Source of the DNA: Candidatus Dojkabacteria bacterium
Lineage (GTDB): Bacteria > Patescibacteriota > Dojkabacteria > J137
Direction: 5' to 3'
NCBI GenBank assembly: GCA_030834985.1
Contig: JAUQWV010000003.1
Coordinates: 143,387 to 207,386 of the forward strand
DNA: 64,000 nt
A model generated the notes under the pieces. It was not told the DNA's origin and searched no databases. It was given only the letters and a program-made list of their open reading frames with translations. Below are positions 57,411 through 64,000 of the stretch, in pieces; within the stretch, counting starts at the first letter, position 1, and every line of letters starts with the position of its first letter. A program made the translations under genes and the position numbers.

Positions 57411-58604
57411 ATGCGTAAATTTTGTATAGCTATATTACTTACTGTTTTAATCTTACCTATAAATATCTCTGCATTGGAGATTAAAACTGCAGACACATTA
57501 GGTTTAGATAAAACAATCTTTAAAGATGCTTATTCAACCGGATTACCAGAAAAAATCCTTGTTGTACCAATCTTTATGCCAAGTAATGCAAGATTAACAG
57601 AAGAAACATGGCTAAAAGGAATTTACTACTATACAGTTCAAAGGCTAGGATACCCGACTTTACCTTATCATTACATAATCAATAACAAAGGAGTTGTTTA
57701 CAGCAGTGAAAGTAGCGATGAAAGAATTCTTAACATTAAAGATTTAGGCGATCACAATATTGTTATTGGATACCTTGCACCAAGCAATGCAACAAACTTT
57801 TCTGCAGAAGCTGGAACTCCTTTAGGTGATCTTATCTTAGATATTGCCAATAGAAACTCTATAAATATTGATAACGTAAAAGTTGCGGGTCTTAAATTTA
57901 CAAGAGAATCTGAAACTAATCTTGTTTATTTAGAGCAGTCTCCAATTTTTGGATTATGGGAAACAGGATTAAATCAAATTATAGAATCAATTAGACCAAG
58001 ATACTCTCCAAAAGTAAGAGAATATGGCATTGAAATAGAAAATGTTACACTTGCGTCAACTGAATTGGTAGTAGGTAACGAAGTTGAAGGAACAGCAAGA
58101 ATTAAAAATATTGGACCTAATAATATTTATATTACAGATTCAACATACTTGCTTGCAGAAAAATCTGATGGTTCTAATAGCTTATTTTATTTAAATAATG
58201 TATGGGTTTCTCAATCTCAGTTTCCGGCTGTTATAGATGAACAAACTTTCAGAATTGATCAATCGGTTGAATTTAACTTTAAGGTGAAAGCCCCGCTGGC
58301 AGTAGGCGAGGTTTCTGAAAAATTCAAAATTAAGCTAGTTGGCGACGGCCAAATGAATACAAGTGAATTTGAAATTAAAGTTAATGTCCAGCGGGGCGAT
58401 AAAAGAATAGTTCAAATCAATGAAACTGAAACTAACTTCTTAAGAGTAAGAGCAGAGCCATCAACAGTATCAGAAGAGATAAGCAGAGTAGACTCAGGAG
58501 GAAGATACATAGTTCTAGAAGAAGATCCTAATGGCTTTTTAAAGATTGACTTGGGAGATGGTAGATCTGGCTGGGTTGCAGGATGGTTAACAACAACTAT
58601 CTAA
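57411..58604 (+). CDS. Secreted amidase_2/PGRP-like plus Ig-like plus SH3b cell-wall protein
   Basis: Signal peptide; LPYHYIINNKGVVY; FKVKAP..GEVSEKF Ig-like; LRVRAEPST...GWV SH3b. Confidence 0.7.
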   Translation: MRKFCIAILLTVLILPINISALEIKTADTLGLDKTIFKDAYSTGLPEKILVVPIFMPSNARLTEETWLKGIYYYTVQRLGYPTLPYHYIINNKGVVYSSESSDERILNIKDLGDHNIVIGYLAPSNATNFSAEAGTPLGDLILDIANRNSINIDNVKVAGLKFTRESETNLVYLEQSPIFGLWETGLNQIIESIRPRYSPKVREYGIEIENVTLASTELVVGNEVEGTARIKNIGPNNIYITDSTYLLAEKSDGSNSLFYLNNVWVSQSQFPAVIDEQTFRIDQSVEFNFKVKAPLAVGEVSEKFKIKLVGDGQMNTSEFEIKVNVQRGDKRIVQINETETNFLRVRAEPSTVSEEISRVDSGGRYIVLEEDPNGFLKIDLGDGRSGWVAGWLTTTI

Positions 58605-59496
58605 ACTTAATCTTGTTCCTAATTGCATAGATAACTTTTATTAATCTGTAAAGATTCTTATCTACAATGACATCTACAGTTTTAGAGTGCTCTATGATTT
58701 CTCCTCCAAAACCTATTTTAAATCTTGAATATCCATCACTTAAATCATCTTTTATACCAAATAGGTCTAGGTACCTGTATCCATACTCTTTACCAAGCCT
58801 AACCAACTCCCAAACTAAAGCATAAGGTGCCATAACGTTTTTATATTCTTCAGAAGAACCACCGTAAACATAAGTCAATGTATCTTCATATGCAACAATA
58901 AACCAGCTAGCAATTGCTATACCTTCAAAAGTAGCTGTTGCAATAAAAGCATTTTCTTCTTTAAAGTTTTCCCAAACTGTTTTTAGGTAATATGAGCTTC
59001 TTCCTGCGTAACCTTGCCTTGCAACAGTTTTTTGATACAAGTCGTTAAAGACATCAAAGTCAGAATCTTTGTTCGAAATAGACACACTCACGCCTTTTTT
59101 TTGAGCAAGTTTTAAGTTGTAGCGGGTTTTTTGTTTTAAGTTGTTTAATAAAACTTGCTCGTCCAATGTCAAATCTATTAAAACTGTTTTTGGCAAATGA
59201 ATAGGGAAGCCCTCGGCTGCATCAATTCCTTGATTATGTAAAAAATCAAAAGAATCCAAATCTTGTGTTAAGTTTTGCGGATCGATTGTTACAAACACGC
59301 AATTTGCTTCTTTAGCCTGGGCTAAAAGTAAATCAAAGTCTATCTTTGTTAAGTCAACACGCGGCATATAGCCGATATATTTATTTAATATTGGCAATTT
59401 TGTTGTTTGAAAAAAATAATCATCAACATCAAAGCATTTATTGCCTAGTTGCTCTTTAACTTTTTTCCAATTTGGGCTTTGTAGAAAATCTATCAT
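58597..59496 (-). CDS. FemABX-family peptidoglycan bridge peptidyltransferase
   Basis: FLQSPNW, KTRYNLKLAQKKGV, YVYGGS, YSRFKIGFGG. Confidence 0.9.
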   Translation of the reverse strand: MIDFLQSPNWKKVKEQLGNKCFDVDDYFFQTTKLPILNKYIGYMPRVDLTKIDFDLLLAQAKEANCVFVTIDPQNLTQDLDSFDFLHNQGIDAAEGFPIHLPKTVLIDLTLDEQVLLNNLKQKTRYNLKLAQKKGVSVSISNKDSDFDVFNDLYQKTVARQGYAGRSSYYLKTVWENFKEENAFIATATFEGIAIASWFIVAYEDTLTYVYGGSSEEYKNVMAPYALVWELVRLGKEYGYRYLDLFGIKDDLSDGYSRFKIGFGGEIIEHSKTVDVIVDKNLYRLIKVIYAIRNKIKFR

Positions 59497-59506
59497 TATT
59501 AATATT

Positions 59507-60559
59507 TTAATACCTATCTTTTCGATAAATAAAGTATTCAGCTAATCTTTGAATGCTGTACATAAAGCGGTTTGGCAAATCTAGCGCTCCAACATAATCA
59601 ATTTGATAGCCGCCAAACCGCTTCTTAAAATCAGATACACCTTTCATTCCACTTTTTACATTCATGCCTTCAGGAACTACTCCCCACATATTATACTTTT
59701 CTATTCCTAATTCTTTTAGTGATTTGATTATTTCCCAATGCAGAAGGTAAGATGCGCCATATTTTTGAGCTTCTGGATCACTTAAAGAACCGCCATGTGA
59801 ATAAAAGGCCTTTTTATTAAATACGTTTATTAATGCTGCAGAAACAAATTTCTTTCCTTTTTCTCCTTTTTTATAGCATAAAAATACTTTACATAAACCT
59901 TTACTATAAAGTTGCTCAAACTGTTTAATAAAATATTCTTTACCAAAAGATGTGAATTGCTGGCGCCTAAACGTTTCGGAAAGTATTGCATAAAAATTAT
60001 TAATATCTTCTACACTTTCCGTTTGCATTACTTTAAATCCAACTTCTGAAGATTTTTTTATATTGTACCTAGCCACTTTTTTCATCTCTCTTAATAATTC
60101 ATCTTCAGATTTTGTAATATCTATTTCCCAAACATACTTAGCTTGGGTTGGAGCCATAGCTTTAACATATCCTATTTTTGTAAATGTATTAAGCAAAGAA
60201 GCTTCTGTTAATGGATCCATTCTAAAGCAGTTTAAGCTTCTTTGCTGGATAAACTCTTTTTGAAAGTTTCTAATTTCAATAAAAATATTTTCTAAATTAT
60301 TAATCTTTTTTAAATCAAGAACCGGACCATACGGTGAATATGCGTATTTAGAAATCCTACGTCTATAGATTTCAATATAGAAATTACCAATAAAGCTATC
60401 CTCATCTTTTATTAAAAAGAGTTCTGTTTCTTTGCCTAAATATTTTTGAAACTCAATCCAGTCAATAGACGTTAAAAAAGAAGCTTGGGCGTTTTTGTTT
60501 ATCTCTTCCCAAGCTTCTTTTAAAGAATCGTCGTATTTTACAAATGAAAGATTTGCCAT
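59507..60559 (-). CDS. FemABX-family peptidoglycan bridge peptidyltransferase
   Basis: SFLTSIDW, PYGPV, ARYNIKKS, YSHGGS, YNMWGV, FKKRFGG. Confidence 0.9.
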   Translation of the reverse strand: MANLSFVKYDDSLKEAWEEINKNAQASFLTSIDWIEFQKYLGKETELFLIKDEDSFIGNFYIEIYRRRISKYAYSPYGPVLDLKKINNLENIFIEIRNFQKEFIQQRSLNCFRMDPLTEASLLNTFTKIGYVKAMAPTQAKYVWEIDITKSEDELLREMKKVARYNIKKSSEVGFKVMQTESVEDINNFYAILSETFRRQQFTSFGKEYFIKQFEQLYSKGLCKVFLCYKKGEKGKKFVSAALINVFNKKAFYSHGGSLSDPEAQKYGASYLLHWEIIKSLKELGIEKYNMWGVVPEGMNVKSGMKGVSDFKKRFGGYQIDYVGALDLPNRFMYSIQRLAEYFIYRKDRY

Positions 60560-60571
60560 CTAATAATTTTA

Positions 60572-61723
60572 TCAGACCTCTCTTCTTAAAGGCATGAGTA
60601 TATGAACATATTTTGCATCAGCTTTATCTTTAAAGATTGATGGTGATAATGGACCCTTAGTTTCAAATTTGATTGTTTCACCCTTAATATGACTAACTAA
60701 ATCCTGAAAGAATCTTAAGTTATATGCTGAATTTAAATCACCTGAGCCGTCGGTTGCTGAAACTTCAATTTCGGTTTCATTTTCACCGACTTCAGCAACC
60801 GACGATTTAAGCTTTACCTTTGAGTTTTCAATATCAAAATCAAACAATGTCTTATTTGATAAGTTGCTTCTAGCAAATGTATTGATAACCTTAATACCTT
60901 CTTCTAAATCACTTCGTTTTACTTCAAATGTATAAACAAAAGAATCAGGCATTATTCTTTTATAATCAGGATAAGGCCCTTCTATTAATCTTAGTGTTAA
61001 TTCAACATCATCGAATTTAAAGATTATCTGAGATTTATTCTCACTTAAATAAACTTCAACTGTATCTACATCTGGATAATCTTGCAAAATCTTTACAACT
61101 TCTGACATATATCTTGCAGGAACAATTACTTGACTCGATAATAAATCTCTTTTTAAGTTTGATATTTTTGTTGTCCGTTTTGAAAGCCTAAAGCCATCTA
61201 AACCTATAAAAGAGATCTCATCGTCGTTGCCATCTTCTAATTCAAATAAAACACCTGTTTGCTGAATCTTACCAGCGCTAAAGTCTGTAGAGCATGCAAA
61301 CAAAACCTTCTCCATAGAAATTATCAATTCTGTTGCAGAGATAGAGAATATAGGATCATTAGATGCTTCAGGTAAAGGAGGAAACTCATTACTAGGAATT
61401 GTAGAGAAGTTTGCTTTTGATTTTGCAGTTTCTACTATAAGAGTGTTTTCTTTTGTAGCAATATCTACTTTTTCTGAAGAACTAGCTGCTACAAAATCTG
61501 CAATATATTTTGCAGAAACAGTTGTAGTACCTTCCTCATCTACTTTTCCAGGTATCCACATGTTAATTCCCATATCTAGATTGGTTGCTGAAAGTTTAAG
61601 GTCTGTATTAGATACTTCCAGTAATACATTGGATAAAACAGGAATGTTGGGCTTTGCACTTACTGCCCGTGATGCATATTGTAAGGACTTTGCAAGCTTT
61701 GAGTGATTTAAAGTGATTTTCAT
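60572..61723 (-). CDS. dnaN: DNA polymerase III beta sliding clamp
   Basis: PVLSNVLL, ATNLD, DGFRL, RLIEGPYPDY, ILMPLR. Confidence 0.97.
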   Translation of the reverse strand: MKITLNHSKLAKSLQYASRAVSAKPNIPVLSNVLLEVSNTDLKLSATNLDMGINMWIPGKVDEEGTTTVSAKYIADFVAASSSEKVDIATKENTLIVETAKSKANFSTIPSNEFPPLPEASNDPIFSISATELIISMEKVLFACSTDFSAGKIQQTGVLFELEDGNDDEISFIGLDGFRLSKRTTKISNLKRDLLSSQVIVPARYMSEVVKILQDYPDVDTVEVYLSENKSQIIFKFDDVELTLRLIEGPYPDYKRIMPDSFVYTFEVKRSDLEEGIKVINTFARSNLSNKTLFDFDIENSKVKLKSSVAEVGENETEIEVSATDGSGDLNSAYNLRFFQDLVSHIKGETIKFETKGPLSPSIFKDKADAKYVHILMPLRREV

Positions 61724-62180
61724 AATCTATTTATATTTTAATAAGTAGAAAGTGTTAGTAAATAGGCTGTGTTTATATGTGTATAACTGTGCAATAAATA
61801 TGATTATATCAGTAAAATTTTGATTTTGTATATGTGGATATTAGTTGTGGATTAATTTTAATGCAAATTCGTAAAAAGAAGATCTACAAATATTTTCTAT
61901 TAAATTACACATGTGGGCTAATTATGGGAATACTTTGCTTATTAATACCTAATATCCTTATAGGAAAAAGATTTTATTCCTGTGAGTAAGTTTACCACAC
62001 ACATACTAACTTGTTACGAGTGTATTTAGTTTCCTAAATTAGTATACTGCTAATCTGTTAAACCATTTACGTAAAGTCTTTTTAAGACATCAATATAATT
62101 TAGCAAGTAATATAGTTTAAAAACTTGAAACTTTCCTAACAAGTGCTAAGATATCTTTAAACAAATAACTTGAATAACTT
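61724..62180. other. Probable replication origin oriC
   Basis: DnaA-box-like 9-mers TGTGTTTAT (61768), TGTGTATAA (61778, consensus), TGTGGATAT (61833), TGTGGATTA (61846), TGTGAGTAA (61981); degenerate TAG/TAA trio-like AT-rich tract next to the dnaN start. Confidence 0.75.
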
Positions 62181-62711
62181 ATGAATAATATTAATTTAGA
62201 AATATCTAGCTCTGAACTTAAATTCAGCAAAGAGATCTCTATATCAGAAGCTTTAAAAATAATCTCTTATGTTCTAAATTTATCGGATTTGGATGATGTA
62301 CAGATTCCAAAGAACCATTTAAAAGAAAATCAAGTAAGTAAGCCTGTAATAGAAGCTAAAATAAAGAGAGTTTCAACGTTTAAGAAACCTGCAAGGTCAG
62401 AGTTAAATCCGCAGATAGAAAAAATTGCATTAACAGGAACAATCTCAAATGAATATCCAACTTTTAACAAAATGGTTATTGGAGGCGATAAGATTTTATG
62501 GGTATTACTATATCTTAAAACTCATGGAATAAGTGGAGCCAGCCTAAAGGATATTGAATATGTAAGTTTGAAATTAGGCCAAGTTATTAGATCTAAGTTT
62601 TTTACAGCGCTTAATAAAAGAAATATTATTGACGGAAAAGTTGCGAATTTAAATGGCCTCTTTGTTATACAACAAAGAGGAGAGGAATATTTAAAATCAT
62701 TATTAAAATAA
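62181..62711 (+). CDS. Hypothetical protein with a possible C-terminal winged helix, inserted between dnaA and dnaN
   Basis: 176-aa ORF opposite to dnaA/dnaN; C-terminal FVIQQRGEEYL wing-like motif. Confidence 0.55.
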   Translation: MNNINLEISSSELKFSKEISISEALKIISYVLNLSDLDDVQIPKNHLKENQVSKPVIEAKIKRVSTFKKPARSELNPQIEKIALTGTISNEYPTFNKMVIGGDKILWVLLYLKTHGISGASLKDIEYVSLKLGQVIRSKFFTALNKRNIIDGKVANLNGLFVIQQRGEEYLKSLLK

Positions 62712-62726
62712 TAAGACAAAAGGATG

Positions 62727-64000
62727 CTATTCCATTTCGTCATCAGGACTAGCGCTTTCGTTAATATTAGTAATTATCTGAGCTACTTGTCTATTAAAGC
62801 CATCTTGAAGCATCATCTTGCTTTTTACCTTATCTATTGCATGCAAGACTGTTGTGTGGTCTTCACGATTTAAAAATTTAGCAACTTCTTCTAATTTATA
62901 ATTAAATTCTTCTCTTAAAATATACATAGCCACCTGGCGAGCAAGTGCCAATTCTTTTGTTCTTCGTGGTCCTTTAAGCTCTTTAACTGTTACAGCAAAT
63001 GATTTAGCAACTTCTTTTAATACTTTTGGGACTTTGACCTTTTCTCTTTTACTTTGAGCATCTTTCCCTATTGTGTGGGCAATTTCTTCTAGTGTTAAAT
63101 CACCACTTGGCTTCATTTGGTTGTATAAAGCTACTTTTTGTAACGCACCCTCAAGCTCTCTAATATTATCGGTTACTGTTCTTGCAATAAATTCAATTAT
63201 TTGAGGTTTTAGATTAATGCCTGATGAATCAGATTTTCTTTGTAGAATTGCCAAGCGTGTTTCATAATCTGGGTTTGCTATATCAACTACCATTCCTCCA
63301 AGCATTCGAGATTTTAATCTACTTTCTAAACTTTGGATGTCTTCTGGCTTGCGGTCGGCAATAAAAATTACCTGTTTGCCTGCGTTATGAATTTCGTTAA
63401 AAGTATTAAAAAATTCATCTTGAGTTGCGACCCATTTAGAGATTAATTGAACATCGTCAATTATTAATAAATCGACCTGACGGTATTTTTGGCGGAATGC
63501 CTCCATTTGCCCAGCTTTAATTCCTTTGACCATCTCATTTAAGAATCCTTCAGAAGATATATATTTAATTTTATTTCTAGGATTTCTTTCTAATAGGGCT
63601 CTTCCAATAGACTGTGCAAGATGAGTTTTACCAACACCTGTTTTACCGTACATAAATAGTGGGTTATACATAGAGCCAGGATTATCTACTACTGCAATAG
63701 CAGCTGCATGTGCAAGCCGGTTTGAATTACCGACTATGTAATTTGAAATTGAGTACTTAGGATTCAAACCGGCTTTAGTAATCGCTTCTGTTACAACACC
63801 CATCATTCCATTTTCAACGGCTAATAAAGGAGCTTCTTCTATATTTTTTTCTGTTATATCTTCTTCAACTGCACCTTTATGATACACTTCAAAAATTGGG
63901 TTTAATGGTTCACCGTAGACATAAGTAACAGTTTCTTTTATTAATCTTTCATGTTTACTTTTAAGCCAGTCTAATGTGAATGCATTTTGTACTCCAATAA
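62727..64000 (-). CDS. dnaA: Chromosomal replication initiator DnaA (5' end beyond the window)
   Basis: YNPLFMYGKTGVGKTHL, LIIDDVQ, NIRELEGAL, RQVAMY, DHTTVLHA; the frame stays open to the window edge (IGVQNAFTLDWLK). Confidence 0.97.
   Translation of the reverse strand, partial: IGVQNAFTLDWLKSKHERLIKETVTYVYGEPLNPIFEVYHKGAVEEDITEKNIEEAPLLAVENGMMGVVTEAITKAGLNPKYSISNYIVGNSNRLAHAAAIAVVDNPGSMYNPLFMYGKTGVGKTHLAQSIGRALLERNPRNKIKYISSEGFLNEMVKGIKAGQMEAFRQKYRQVDLLIIDDVQLISKWVATQDEFFNTFNEIHNAGKQVIFIADRKPEDIQSLESRLKSRMLGGMVVDIANPDYETRLAILQRKSDSSGINLKPQIIEFIARTVTDNIRELEGALQKVALYNQMKPSGDLTLEEIAHTIGKDAQSKREKVKVPKVLKEVAKSFAVTVKELKGPRRTKELALARQVAMYILREEFNYKLEEVAKFLNREDHTTVLHAIDKVKSKMMLQDGFNRQVAQIITNINESASPDDEME

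Noticed and set aside
1205-61706. Numerous 60-140 aa ORFs antisense to or nested in long genes (e.g. 26530-26946, 38880-39233, 49852-50193)
   Set aside because: They overlap well-supported genes, lack recognisable motifs and are expected by chance
1-64000. CRISPR arrays, tRNA/rRNA genes, transposases, prophage genes
   Set aside because: No regularly spaced repeats, cloverleaf or rRNA-like segments, or mobile-element ORFs were recognised by eye; tRNAscan-SE and Infernal would be needed to exclude them fully
1-64000. Alternative genetic code (TGA = Gly) as in Gracilibacteria/Absconditabacteria
   Set aside because: Long core genes are open under code 11 and TGA terminates genes such as dnaN and TrmB-1 at expected ends

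Overview
An AT-rich, densely coded 64 kb chromosomal segment, translated with the standard code (TGA is used as stop). It very likely comes from a Candidate Phyla Radiation/Patescibacteria genome (Dojkabacteria-like by gene style and divergence; this is inference). It ends at the replication origin (dnaA partial - inserted ORF - DnaA boxes - dnaN). Housekeeping genes include recA, recJ, hup, rpoB-rpoC-rpsL-rpsG, valS, an archaeal/eukaryote-type tyrS, rpsT, rsmI, tsaD, holA, comM, sod, msrA, a MurE-like gene, two FemABX genes and glycosyltransferases. No rRNA, tRNA, CRISPR array, transposase or integrase was seen. The best leads are: (1) Elp3 head-to-head with a Trm9/ALKBH8-like methyltransferase, a candidate bacterial mcm5U34 tRNA pathway; (2) a valS T-box with an ultrashort stem I (GUC specifier) whose alternative hairpin buries the AUG itself in a leader with no Shine-Dalgarno sequence; (3) an RNA polymerase lacking the trigger-loop His and with a rewritten rifampicin pocket; (4) a tandem TrmB/XRE regulator island with separate palindromes and a 74-bp identical block; (5) an ECF sigma/anti-sigma/CcdA unit whose sensor domain has a paralog next to msrA.
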